Assembly: GCA_018238545.1 (NCBI GenBank)
Contig: JABCTC010000004.1
Coordinates: 1-64,000 of the forward strand
Direction: 5' to 3'
Origin: Candidatus Heimdallarchaeota archaeon
GTDB taxonomy: Archaea; Asgardarchaeota; Heimdallarchaeia; Heimdallarchaeales; Heimdallarchaeaceae
Length of the DNA: 64,000 nt
Shown piece after piece: positions 8,603-18,870 of this stretch. Below the pieces are notes generated by a model. That model searched no databases and was not told where the DNA came from. It saw only the letters and a program-made list of their open reading frames with translations. Each line of letters starts with the position of its first letter. Within the stretch, counting starts at the first letter, position 1. The translations under genes and the position numbers were made by a program.

Positions 8603-10014
8603 TTTGTCTTGTAGTCATATTATCTACAATTGTATCAGTTTAAATGGAGTGTTTAAAGCGCATATTACGGGTGTTTTTATAGTGAACTCTGGGTCAACGA
8701 AGGATGGCAAAGGTACTGCGCGCAGAGCGTATAGAAGTGGCGTATCATCCAGCATTAAGCAGAATCTGTCATCAATCAAAAAATCTCTATAATCGAGCAA
8801 ATTTTCTGATAAAAACTTCTTTAAAACAAACAAGTAAACTGCTTTTTTACTATGATCTTGATAGACAGTTGAAACAGGAGGGGTGCTACAGAGCCCTTCC
8901 TGCTCATGTTTCTCAACAAACTCTCAAACTCCTTTCTAGATGTTGGAAGAGTTTTTTCCGAGCTAAACAAGAGTGGAAGAAGAAACCTACATTGTTTTTT
9001 GCCATGCCTAAACCACCTAACTACAAGAAGAAGGGTGGGGAAGTGGTAGCTATCTTCACCAATCAACAGGCGAAGATAATTAATGGATGGTTAGTGTTAC
9101 CGAAGAAAGTGAATTATACCTACAAGACAAGACTAACAGCTCAAGCTGAATTAAGAGAAGTAAGAGTTATTCCAAGGAGAACTCACTACACCCTTGAACT
9201 CATTTACTTGAAGAGTATACCTAATCTCAAGAAGAAGATGATCAGAAAAGGAGCTGTGGATCTAGGGATGGACAACCTTGCAGCTTTCGTGGATAACCTC
9301 GGAGGAAGACCGATTGTTATCAAAGATGCAGGGAAAGGGATAAAATCCATTACACAATATTATTTGAAAGAACAGAAGAAATTACAGATACAGTATGCAC
9401 AACAGCAGAAAAAATTACTGAAAGGGAAAAATAGACTCAAGTATGGTCCAGCTTACTATAAACTTAAGGAGAAGTGGAGAAGGAAACTGAATGATGCTAT
9501 CCATAAATTAACCAAGTATCTGGTTGACTTGTGGGTAGAACGAGGGCTACATGAAGTAATCATAGGGTATAACGAGCTATGGAAACAAGGGGTGCATTTC
9601 TGGAAAAAGACCACCCAGATGTTCGTCACCATCCCCTTCCTAAAAATCATCGATATACTAAAATACAAAGGAGCTGAGCAAGGGATAAAGGTAGAGACCA
9701 TCCCTGAACAATACACCTCTAAAAGCAGTTTCCTGGATAATGAATTCCCCCGTTATCGTAAGAAGTACAAGGGAAAAAGAATCCACCGAGGGTTATTTCG
9801 TTCTGCTCAAGGCCACTTGATCAATGCTGACGTTAATGCCGCATACAACATTTTACTCAAAAGCGATCCGAAAGCCATGCCTAAACGCAGGGTGAACGGG
9901 GTAGGAGGATACGTGATGTATCCACTAAGAGTAAGTATAGAGTGTCTTCGCCCTATATCATGAGCTCTAAGCACGACATATACCTAGCTTTGTCTAATAA
10001 GACAAGAAGACAAA
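8603..10014 (+). mobile_element. non-autonomous TnpB-only element (IS1341-like); ends inferred
   Basis: Lone tnpB with no tnpA; visibly GC-richer than flanks; 17/20 inverted repeat at 8603-8622 and 9995-10014; subterminal hairpins at 8609-8629 and 9990-10005. Confidence 0.6.
8704..9963 (+). CDS. tnpB: TnpB family RNA-guided endonuclease
   Basis: SKNLYN, RuvC-I VDLG, IIGYNELWKQ, EQYTSK, RuvC-III NADVNAAYNI. Confidence 0.93.
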   Translation: MAKVLRAERIEVAYHPALSRICHQSKNLYNRANFLIKTSLKQTSKLLFYYDLDRQLKQEGCYRALPAHVSQQTLKLLSRCWKSFFRAKQEWKKKPTLFFAMPKPPNYKKKGGEVVAIFTNQQAKIINGWLVLPKKVNYTYKTRLTAQAELREVRVIPRRTHYTLELIYLKSIPNLKKKMIRKGAVDLGMDNLAAFVDNLGGRPIVIKDAGKGIKSITQYYLKEQKKLQIQYAQQQKKLLKGKNRLKYGPAYYKLKEKWRRKLNDAIHKLTKYLVDLWVERGLHEVIIGYNELWKQGVHFWKKTTQMFVTIPFLKIIDILKYKGAEQGIKVETIPEQYTSKSSFLDNEFPRYRKKYKGKRIHRGLFRSAQGHLINADVNAAYNILLKSDPKAMPKRRVNGVGGYVMYPLRVSIECLRPIS

Positions 10015-10020
10015 TAAGCA

Positions 10021-12246
10021 TCATTGATGGTTCTTCACTAATTCAGTTAGCTCTGGGAAATCCAATCCAAGTTCTTTCAATTTTTCAAGAGTTGGAACAC
10101 CTTGTTCTGTCCAGCCACGTCTCTTATAGACAGCATTCTTTAGTTTCTCATATCTTGCTTCTCTGATTTTTCTTAGTTCTTTCATCTTCTCTTCAGTTGA
10201 AAGATTTACTACATCTATTCTAGCTTCTTCTTTGAGTTGTTTCAGATAGTACTCTTCTTCTCTGGATAAGTATTCTTCTTCAGTAACAGGTCCCATAGCT
10301 CGATAAGGAATAGAATCTAATTCTCGGTATGTTACACCTTCTGGTATTAGAAGTAAATTAATTGATCTTTGGAAGTTGTAAACCCTTTCACTCATAATGA
10401 TATAGTCAACAGAATTAATATTCTTCCCAGTGACAGCGTTATAGAATTCCACATAATTCAGAACATGTTCAGGTATTTTTGCTGGATCTGCTAAATCATC
10501 TGGCACTTTCATACCGTCTTTTTCTATTGTTCCTATGGCAAATTCTCTATTATCTTCTGGCACAATATCATTCCATGGAAGCTTGCATAGTCCGAGGAGT
10601 CCAAATGATGTTCTCCACATTGGGAACCACCAGAGAGCGTTTGCTTTTTGCTCGAAAGAAGGCATGTTATTTCTAACCATATCTTCGAAAATCAGCCAAG
10701 CTTCGTCATGTTGAGGACCTTTTAGCGTAAAACCATATCCTCCTTGCTGAGCAAGACTTTCTTTGGTTATATATTCGCTAAATTCTAATCCTTTAGATTC
10801 CATTCCAATATCATTTACTAGTTTTGCTTCATCTTCAGATAGGTTATATTCTTCAACGAAGTATTTCTTGAGTTTCTTAATACCCATTCCAAAGATTTTA
10901 CCAAAACCTTCACCTCGAGCTATTTGGTGAATGAGCTCTAAAGCTTCTTCAGCATTACCCCAAGAGAGATCAAGACCACCAGTTCTTTCCTTGTTGAGGA
11001 TGCCATATTCGTAAAGTTCCATTAGAAAACCTATACCTGTTCCAATACTGATAGTATCTAAGCCATAATTGTCACAATAAAAATTAACCTCTAGAACAGC
11101 ATCAGGATCATCAACATACCAATTACTTCCACAACCAGCTAGAGTTTCATATTCAGGACCATCTACTGAGACTAATTGCCCTTTGTATGGACCTGTTTTA
11201 ATCTCAAAATTACTGACACCATGACTGCATCCGACTGCACATCCTTTCCAGCAAGGAGATGGTCCTTTATTGAATTTTGCACGATATACTTCTTTACCTA
11301 TGTTCTCATGATTGTCAAATCTGCCATACTTGAAATTCTTAGTTGGTAGCAAGTCGAATTCATGCATAATAGGAACTAAATGGACTGTGCCAAGAGTTCG
11401 CATTTCATTTTGCTTTGAATCAAGCGCTATCATTTCATCAGTGTGTTTTCGTCCTACTTTCTTGACCGCTTCCAAATCAGCAGGATTATTACCTTGGGTT
11501 CTAACATTCCTTTTCTTAACGATAATAGCTTTAATTTTCTTGTTCCTGAGAATAGTACCTGTTCCTCCTCTTCCTGCTTGCTTATATCTAACGTATTTTC
11601 GTTTTAGATCAAACCAACTGAAGTTCAAACAACCACAATAAGCATTTTCAGCTCCAGGTCCAGCTGATACAACAGATATTTCTCTTCTATCTCTTTCATC
11701 GTCTGCATATTTCTCTGTTAAAATGGTTCCAATTTTATAAGTTTCAGAAGGTAAATCTTCCGCAACATCAATTATTATTTTCCCTTCTTCTCCATTAACA
11801 TAAATAGAAATTTCTTTTTCAGATTTACCTTGAATAGCAAGAGCATCAAATCCAGCATATTTCAGAAATGGACCAAAATACCCTCCTGCGTTAGAATCGA
11901 TAATTATACCAGTTAAAGGAGAGACTCCTGTAACTATACTCTTTCCAGAACCAGGAAAGTTTGATGTTCCACCCAGAGGACCAGATGCGATCGCAAGTAC
12001 ATTTTCTTTATCATCCCATTTTGTCCTCTTATCCTTTGGAAGATACTTCCACATCAGGTAAAGGTCAAAACCTTTTCCGCCTATGAATTTCTCTTTCATC
12101 TCTTCTGTTACATCTTCTATCTTTATTTCCAATGTATCTAGATTAATATAGAGCGTTTTTCCTGCATAACCTTTAGATAATTCAGGAACATCGTATTTGA
12201 ATTCCTTTAAAGCCATAAATTTCACCTTTGGGAGAGAATCTATCAA
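10021..12246 (-). CDS. tungsten-containing aldehyde:ferredoxin oxidoreductase family protein
   Basis: DSNAGG, AGRGG, CxxxCxxxC (CWKGCAVGC), GPEYET, CDNYGLDTIS, RGW motifs; real start may be the ATG of MALKEF. Confidence 0.93.
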   Translation of the reverse strand: MIDSLPKVKFMALKEFKYDVPELSKGYAGKTLYINLDTLEIKIEDVTEEMKEKFIGGKGFDLYLMWKYLPKDKRTKWDDKENVLAIASGPLGGTSNFPGSGKSIVTGVSPLTGIIIDSNAGGYFGPFLKYAGFDALAIQGKSEKEISIYVNGEEGKIIIDVAEDLPSETYKIGTILTEKYADDERDRREISVVSAGPGAENAYCGCLNFSWFDLKRKYVRYKQAGRGGTGTILRNKKIKAIIVKKRNVRTQGNNPADLEAVKKVGRKHTDEMIALDSKQNEMRTLGTVHLVPIMHEFDLLPTKNFKYGRFDNHENIGKEVYRAKFNKGPSPCWKGCAVGCSHGVSNFEIKTGPYKGQLVSVDGPEYETLAGCGSNWYVDDPDAVLEVNFYCDNYGLDTISIGTGIGFLMELYEYGILNKERTGGLDLSWGNAEEALELIHQIARGEGFGKIFGMGIKKLKKYFVEEYNLSEDEAKLVNDIGMESKGLEFSEYITKESLAQQGGYGFTLKGPQHDEAWLIFEDMVRNNMPSFEQKANALWWFPMWRTSFGLLGLCKLPWNDIVPEDNREFAIGTIEKDGMKVPDDLADPAKIPEHVLNYVEFYNAVTGKNINSVDYIIMSERVYNFQRSINLLLIPEGVTYRELDSIPYRAMGPVTEEEYLSREEEYYLKQLKEEARIDVVNLSTEEKMKELRKIREARYEKLKNAVYKRRGWTEQGVPTLEKLKELGLDFPELTELVKNHQ

Positions 12247-12323
12247 AGGAATTTAAATTTATTCCAAAAGCTATGAAAAGCCAAACAAAATAGAATTAAG
12301 TGAAAGAAAAATTTAAGCAAAAA

Positions 12324-12716
12324 CTATTTTTCTATTGATGGTTCCCAGAGTTCGATTTTATTCCCCTCAATATCCATAATCCAAGCAAATTTACCTTGTT
12401 TATAGTTTTTAATCTCTCCAAGTACCTCTATTCCTTCCTCTTCTAGAAGTGCTACTAGTTTTGTTAAATCAGCTACTCGAAAGTTTATCATAAAATCCTT
12501 TTTGCTGGGTTCAAAATATTTTGTATCTCTTGAAAAAGGAGACCAAATTGCGTATTCTTGTTTATCATTCTCAGACATACATTTATCCTTGAATACTACT
12601 GCAACCTCATCAGATTCATGCATGTTGAACCCTAAATGTTTATCGTACCACTCCATTAGTTTCTTAGGATTTTCTGATTTGAAAAATATTCCACCGATCC
12701 TTGTTACTCTCTTCAT
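12324..12716 (-). CDS. VOC/glyoxalase family protein
   Basis: GGIFF...WY...LG; C-terminal DIEGNKIELWE. Confidence 0.88.
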   Translation of the reverse strand: MKRVTRIGGIFFKSENPKKLMEWYDKHLGFNMHESDEVAVVFKDKCMSENDKQEYAIWSPFSRDTKYFEPSKKDFMINFRVADLTKLVALLEEEGIEVLGEIKNYKQGKFAWIMDIEGNKIELWEPSIEK

Positions 12717-12728
12717 CTAATCACTTTC

Positions 12729-13142
12729 TTAGAATTCTTTATGCCCTACAGGTTCTCCTTCTTCAAAGAAGTATTGTATTTCGATAGTATATCCAGACGG
12801 ATCGGCGTAAAACCCATTGTAAATTTTGTATTGTTCTGTTTTTTGTGGTGATCGTGCAACCGTTACACCAGAATCTACCATATGTTTGTGCCATTTATCA
12901 ACTTCTTCTAGAGTTTTAACAACTACAGTCAAACAAACCTGTTCCGCTTTTTCTACAGGTTCCTTAGTATTTTCACAGAATCCCCAATAGCCGTATTTTC
13001 CAACTCTATAGACAAAACATCCACTTTGCTCTAAAGCTAATGGAAAATTCATGATGTTCTCATAAAAATGTCTTGTTTCTTTAATATTATTTGTTCTCAA
13101 GAAAGTAATTGGATATAATGGTCGAATTTCCATAAACAACAT
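12729..13142 (-). CDS. VOC/glyoxalase family protein
   Basis: FYENIMNF; DPSGYTIEIQ. Confidence 0.88.
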   Translation of the reverse strand: MLFMEIRPLYPITFLRTNNIKETRHFYENIMNFPLALEQSGCFVYRVGKYGYWGFCENTKEPVEKAEQVCLTVVVKTLEEVDKWHKHMVDSGVTVARSPQKTEQYKIYNGFYADPSGYTIEIQYFFEEGEPVGHKEF

Positions 13143-13273
13143 TAACTATCTGCCTTTTTAGTGTTATCGAATAACTAAGAATTGATAAGGACAGAATTAA
13201 TTATTGAAGTAGTTGAATTTCAAAATAGATATCTTCAGCAATCAGCTTTTAATAATCAAATACTGTTTTATTT

Positions 13274-14530
13274 TTGATTACAATGGAAACAGGTTCTACC
13301 ACGGAATTTGACCTTTGTGTTGTTTGTAAAACATCAAGAATGCTCTGTGGTAGAAAAACATGTCCTTTACTAAATAAATGGTCTAATGAATACACCTTTG
13401 CTAAACCAAAAATAACCAACTTGGACGATACTTTTTCTCCCCCTTCTTTCTTTGTAGGTTGGACAGGATATCCTACTCTCAATGCTGGTCCGATGCTTAC
13501 TGCAGATAGGGTTGGTGCAAATGTCATTGATAATTCTGATAATTGGCTTTCAAAAACCCAAGAAGAGATAGTTAAGATGAGAATCTCGCTCCTTAGAACA
13601 AGATCAAAGATTAATGCTAAACGTCCTCTGGATTCAAATATTATTCAAAGGAGTCATGAACTTCTCTTGGGAAGAAAAGCTGTTGATGTTGAGGTGGAAC
13701 TAGAGAAAAATATTATTCCAAGAATTACGCTTAACGAACGATCTGCTCCTCATGGTCCTATTGCTCCGATTAAAAAACTAGTGCTTACAGAAAATCAATC
13801 TCCTATCAACTCGATTGAGAAAGCATATTACGATACTGATTTATTAGCTACTGATGCTTTAGAATATCTTGGTAGAGAAAAGATTGATGTTAGTACTATT
13901 ATCAGAATATTCTCAGCTGGAATGTTGGGTAGAGAAAAAAATAGGAAACTTGTTCCTACTAGATGGTCGATTACTGCTACAGATGACATATTGTCAAAAC
14001 AGAAAATTGATTCTGTAAAAAAATTCCAAGAACTAGGAGAATATCGAATTTTTACAAATACCTTCTTTGGTAATAGATTTGTGATAATTTTCGTTCCTGA
14101 CGCATGGGCATACGAAATGGTCGAAACCTGGTTTAAAGGTGCATATATGAACCCAAGTAGAAAGGATATAGGCATGTCTGACTGGGAACCTTACTCTGGT
14201 AGAACTAAATATGCGTCTAATGTTACTGGAGCCTACTATTCTGCCAGACTTGCCGCTACAGAATATCTACAGAAAATAAAGAGGCAGGCTCAAGTTATAG
14301 TACTAAGAGAAATCTCTGATGAATATAGATTTCCATTAGGCGTTTGGGTTATTAGAGTAGCCACTCGTGCAGCTCTAAAGAAGAAATACGTGAAGACTGA
14401 CACAATAGATAAAGCGTTCGAAGTTGTAACTAATTTCTTCAAATATCCTCTTGACTACTGGAAACAAAAGTCTAGACTTTATGAACTCAAGAAAACTCAA
14501 AGAAAACTTGATAATTTCTTTGATATCTAA
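13274..14530 (+). CDS. nreA: archaeal DNA repair protein Nre (PCNA-interacting)
   Basis: N-terminal CVVCK...LCG...CP; SPPSFFVG, LVPTRWSITATDD, GAYYSARL; C-terminal PIP box QRKLDNFF. Confidence 0.92.
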   Translation: MITMETGSTTEFDLCVVCKTSRMLCGRKTCPLLNKWSNEYTFAKPKITNLDDTFSPPSFFVGWTGYPTLNAGPMLTADRVGANVIDNSDNWLSKTQEEIVKMRISLLRTRSKINAKRPLDSNIIQRSHELLLGRKAVDVEVELEKNIIPRITLNERSAPHGPIAPIKKLVLTENQSPINSIEKAYYDTDLLATDALEYLGREKIDVSTIIRIFSAGMLGREKNRKLVPTRWSITATDDILSKQKIDSVKKFQELGEYRIFTNTFFGNRFVIIFVPDAWAYEMVETWFKGAYMNPSRKDIGMSDWEPYSGRTKYASNVTGAYYSARLAATEYLQKIKRQAQVIVLREISDEYRFPLGVWVIRVATRAALKKKYVKTDTIDKAFEVVTNFFKYPLDYWKQKSRLYELKKTQRKLDNFFDI

Positions 14531-14689
14531 TATTAAGGTCAGCAGATAGTTTTATACGTTAGACATTCATAAAAATAAACAAATGAAAAATGAAGGTTTT
14601 AAAAAATTATATGTAGAATCGAGCAACTTAAAAGTTTCTGCCACCAGAAAATCTAAATGTTCATTTGATATTATTCAATAAGGATAAAA

Positions 14690-15322
14690 ATGGCATTTAG
14701 TTCAAGGCAAAAAAAGGTCAAAATGGTAAAAGAAAATATTTTACGTGTCTTGAAAGAAGAAAAACTTGACAATAAAGGTTCTTTTGAAGAAATTCGTAAT
14801 CTAGCTAGGGAACCTATAGTCGTAGAATATATTGGTACAGATCTTGATGAGTTTTTTACTGAAGGATTACAGGAATTATCGGAATCAGGTTATGTAAAAC
14901 TTGAAAAAAATCTAATCTACATGACAGAAAAAGGATTTGAAGAAGCAAATACTATTCTCTCTTTTCATCAAATAATTGAAAACTATTTTTTGAAAGATTT
15001 AGATAACGAGACAGCTCATCGATATGCACATATTCTTGAACACCTTATCTCTTTTGAAGTAGAAAAAAATTTGAAAAGGATAATGGAATTTGAGGATTCA
15101 GGAGAACCATTAACACAATACACCGCAGATGAAGGAATCATTACTGGACTAGATTTCACTGATAAAAAGATGTTAGAAAGAATTATTAGTATGGGGTTAT
15201 GTCCTGGTCAACGTCTTAAGATTATAACGAAAATAAGTGGTTGTTTTATAGTAAAATCGAGATATACTCATCTTGCAATCGATAAAAGTCTTTGTAAGGG
15301 AATACTGGTGGCAATGTTATGA
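14690..15322 (+). CDS. DtxR/MntR-like metal-dependent regulator with C-terminal FeoA domain
   Basis: MTEKG..A...H..IE; AHILEH; FeoA-like ERIISMGLCPG; ATGA overlap with feoB. Confidence 0.85.
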   Translation: MAFSSRQKKVKMVKENILRVLKEEKLDNKGSFEEIRNLAREPIVVEYIGTDLDEFFTEGLQELSESGYVKLEKNLIYMTEKGFEEANTILSFHQIIENYFLKDLDNETAHRYAHILEHLISFEVEKNLKRIMEFEDSGEPLTQYTADEGIITGLDFTDKKMLERIISMGLCPGQRLKIITKISGCFIVKSRYTHLAIDKSLCKGILVAML

Positions 15323-17325
15323 GAAAAAACAAAAAGGTTAAAAAAATGGACTCTGATTTTTCTGTTTGTACAGATAATTTGAAAGAGGAAATAATCGTTT
15401 TCTTACTTGGTCAACCAAACGTAGGGAAAAGTTCGCTGTTAAACGCCTTTGTTGGAACAAAAATAGAAGTTTCAAATTTCCCAGGAACTTCAGTTGAAAT
15501 TACTTCCGCAGAAAAGATTTTTACTATTTTTAACAAAAAAGATAATACCACGAAAGAAGTAAAATACATTTTTAAAGACACACCAGGAATTTATTCTATT
15601 TCTGATAGAAGTGTAGAGGAGACTATAACTAAGAAAGCTATTTTAACAGAAAAAAGTGATGTTGTAATCTTAATTGCAAATGCAGCGGCACTGGGAAGGA
15701 GTTTATATTTTGCTTTGCAAGTAATGGAAGCGGGAAAAAATATCATAATTGGATTAAATTTCTTTGAAGAAGCGTATAAGAAGGGTATAAGCGTAAATAC
15801 AAAAAAACTCTCACAAGTACTTGAAGTGCAAGTAGTTCCGTTCAATCCAATAACTGGAAATATTGACAATTTAATTATAACAGCTAGTGAAAAAGCTTGT
15901 AATCCGAACATTAAAAATTATTGCACAGAATATGATGATCATATTGAAGAACTTATTTCCTTTATTGAAAGAAATGTTAAGGACAAGTTACCTGCTAGAT
16001 TTGTTGCCTTAAGAATACTAGAAGAGGATGATGATTTTACTGGACAAATAAATGACCATGTAAAGAACGAGTTAGAGGAGAGGAAAGAAGAAATCTCTGA
16101 CAAACATCAAAACATTAAGGAAGATATTTCAAAAATACGTTATGGAACTGCTTCATTTATCACGGAGCAAACAACCCATATTACACCCCTTAAGAAAACA
16201 AGAATAAATGAAGTCTCATTTGCTGACAAATTCCTTCTACATAAAATAGGGGGACCTATTCTCACAATTATTTTTTTTGTTTGTTTGTTCTCAATATTAA
16301 TATTTGCTGGACAAGCAATACAAGAATTATTTTTATGGATAGGAAATTGGTTTATCAATTTAATTCCAGAAAATTACTGGCAAGTAGGAAGTTTTTCCTT
16401 CTTGAATTTATTTAGAGATGGCATAGCAGGGCTTTTTGCAGGTGTTGCAATTGCTCTCCCATATGTTCTGATATTCTACTTAATACTCGGATTCACAGAA
16501 GATGTTGGATTGTTACCAAGATTTGTAGTGATAATTCAACGATTCTTTGATTCCATTGGTCTTCCATCTAAATCATTTATATCAATAATGTTGGGTTTAG
16601 GATGTACAGTTCCTGCTCATTCATCAACAAGAATAATAAATCGTAGAAAAGACAGACTTAAAACAGCATTTCTATTCTCATTTATACCATGTTCATCTAG
16701 AATAGGAATTATCTTAGGAATAGTAGGGTTTTACGGTTCCATCTGGTTAGCATTATTAATCTTTTTTGTTGAATTCATCTCCTTGTTATTGTGGGCAGTA
16801 GTGTTGAAGTATGTAATAAGAGAAGATGCAGAACCACTATTAATAGAATTACCACCATATAGAAAACCAATGCTGAAAAATGTATTCGCAAAAAGCTGGT
16901 TACGAATGAAAGACTTTGTTAAAGTGGTCATTCCCCTGCTAGTAATAGGTGGGATATTATATTCCATTCTTGAGCAATTAGGAGTAACAGGTTTCTTTAT
17001 CAAACCTTTTGACAATATAATGGGATTCTTATTTAACCTTGAAGGAGAATTTATTGTACCATTATTGTTTGGTTTTATTCAAAAAGATCTCACTAGTGCA
17101 ATGTTAATAAATGTATTAGGACAAACTGGTGTTCAAGCTTTGACAAACCTTAAATTAATTACTTTTGGGATTTTAGCTTGTACAGGAGTACCATGTATAA
17201 TTGCACTGGGCATGATGTTAAAAGAATATAAAATTAAAGAGGTTATACTTATATTTCTAGGGACATTAATTTATGCCATTGTACTAGCTTCAATTATTGC
17301 ACATGTTGGAATGTTATTTATTTAG
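15319..17325 (+). CDS. feoB: ferrous iron transport protein B
   Basis: GQPNVGKS, NFPGTS, DTPG; membrane domain with EDVGLLPR, GLGC, IPCSSR, ELPPYR. Confidence 0.95.
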   Translation: MRKNKKVKKMDSDFSVCTDNLKEEIIVFLLGQPNVGKSSLLNAFVGTKIEVSNFPGTSVEITSAEKIFTIFNKKDNTTKEVKYIFKDTPGIYSISDRSVEETITKKAILTEKSDVVILIANAAALGRSLYFALQVMEAGKNIIIGLNFFEEAYKKGISVNTKKLSQVLEVQVVPFNPITGNIDNLIITASEKACNPNIKNYCTEYDDHIEELISFIERNVKDKLPARFVALRILEEDDDFTGQINDHVKNELEERKEEISDKHQNIKEDISKIRYGTASFITEQTTHITPLKKTRINEVSFADKFLLHKIGGPILTIIFFVCLFSILIFAGQAIQELFLWIGNWFINLIPENYWQVGSFSFLNLFRDGIAGLFAGVAIALPYVLIFYLILGFTEDVGLLPRFVVIIQRFFDSIGLPSKSFISIMLGLGCTVPAHSSTRIINRRKDRLKTAFLFSFIPCSSRIGIILGIVGFYGSIWLALLIFFVEFISLLLWAVVLKYVIREDAEPLLIELPPYRKPMLKNVFAKSWLRMKDFVKVVIPLLVIGGILYSILEQLGVTGFFIKPFDNIMGFLFNLEGEFIVPLLFGFIQKDLTSAMLINVLGQTGVQALTNLKLITFGILACTGVPCIIALGMMLKEYKIKEVILIFLGTLIYAIVLASIIAHVGMLFI

Positions 17326-17462
17326 CTTCAAGTTATTTTAGAAAAGAATAAAAGCATCATTTCTTTAGTACAATCATTACTTTATTTGGAGAAAAAACAG
17401 TGGTCACTTTTTTCCAATATATTAAATAGTAGTGACCAATCAGTAAAAAATATGGTGAACGT

Positions 17463-18869
17463 ATGGATTCATTTGATAAAGACTTACTAGTAAAAGGTTT
17501 AGAGGTAGGAGAGAAAAACGGAGCTGATTATGTTGAACTTCGCTATCAAGACAAATATCTAGCAAACTTCCAATTTAAGGACGGTGACTTAAATAGCACT
17601 ACTGGTTCTCGTCAGGGGGTTTGTGTTAGAGCTCTCACTGATGGTAGTTGGGGTTTAGCATCAACTAATTTCACGAGTAAAGAGAAGATACTAGAAACTG
17701 TAGTAAAAGCTGTTTCTCTTTCAAAAACTTCTTCTTCACACAAAGAGAAAAAAGTTAAGCTTGCAGAAGTAAAAGTAGTAGAAGAAAAATTGCAATCCCC
17801 AAGAAAGAAACATCTGTTAGATATTTCCGTAGAAGAAAAACTCAAAATGATTATCGATGCAGCAAAACAACAAGAAGATTTCAATTTGGTTAAAAGCTTA
17901 ATAATTAATTTTAACGAAGTAGTTGATCATCGAATTGTTGTAACAAACGAAGGAACAAGATTGAGTTGGGAAGATATGAAACCAACCATGATGGCTTATG
18001 CAGTTGCAATTGAACAAGGTAAAATGGGTTCAGGTTACAATTCATGGTCTCATACTTGTGGAGCTGAATTCTTTGACTTGCATCCTGTAGATCAACTTGT
18101 TAGAGGTGCTTTAGAAAAAGCTGTCAAACTTGTACATGCTCCACTGATTCCGAGTGGATTAGCAAATGTTCTTCTTGACCCCATGCTCGTTGGTGTTTTA
18201 GCCCATGAAGCTGTTGGTCACACAGCTGAAGCAGATCTTGTCCAAATGGGTTCCTTTACAAAAGGGAAAATAGGTCAAAAAGTCTGTTCAGAACAAATTT
18301 CACTTGTTGACACACCTTTTGAAGAAGGATCTAAATGGATGGGTGCTGGTTGGTTACCTTACGATGATGAAGGTGTCAAAGGCATTCGCGTTGATATTAT
18401 CAAAGATGGCATAATGACTGGTTATATGACCAACCGAGCTTATGCAACAGAACTAGATATTGAACCAACTGGGAATGCGCGAGCATATTTGTTCAGTGAT
18501 GAACCAATAGTTCGAATGAGAAATACTTTCATAGAAGCTGGGGAGTTAAGTATGGATGAGCTTTACGAATCTGTTGGAGACGGATATCTTCTAGGAACAC
18601 TTCAAAATGGTCAAGCTGATAGTTCTGGAGAGTTCATGTTTGGAGCTGTAGAGGGTTATGCAATCAAAAACGGTGAATTAACAGAGGAATTATTCCAAAA
18701 CCCTGTTGTAACAGGAAACGCATTTGAAGTTCTTAGTAACATACTTGGTGTTGGAAAAGATTTTGAGATTAACCTTGGTGCAGGTTTCTGTGGTAAGGAA
18801 CAACCTGCAAAAGTTGATGCTGGTGGCCCTTATATTGCGCTGAAAGCGATGCTTGCAGGAGGAAAATAA
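17463..18869 (+). CDS. tldD: TldD family metalloprotease subunit
   Basis: HEAVGH, YDDEG, GNARA, RMRNT, GFCGK motifs. Confidence 0.93.
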   Translation: MDSFDKDLLVKGLEVGEKNGADYVELRYQDKYLANFQFKDGDLNSTTGSRQGVCVRALTDGSWGLASTNFTSKEKILETVVKAVSLSKTSSSHKEKKVKLAEVKVVEEKLQSPRKKHLLDISVEEKLKMIIDAAKQQEDFNLVKSLIINFNEVVDHRIVVTNEGTRLSWEDMKPTMMAYAVAIEQGKMGSGYNSWSHTCGAEFFDLHPVDQLVRGALEKAVKLVHAPLIPSGLANVLLDPMLVGVLAHEAVGHTAEADLVQMGSFTKGKIGQKVCSEQISLVDTPFEEGSKWMGAGWLPYDDEGVKGIRVDIIKDGIMTGYMTNRAYATELDIEPTGNARAYLFSDEPIVRMRNTFIEAGELSMDELYESVGDGYLLGTLQNGQADSSGEFMFGAVEGYAIKNGELTEELFQNPVVTGNAFEVLSNILGVGKDFEINLGAGFCGKEQPAKVDAGGPYIALKAMLAGGK

Positions 18870-18870
18870 A

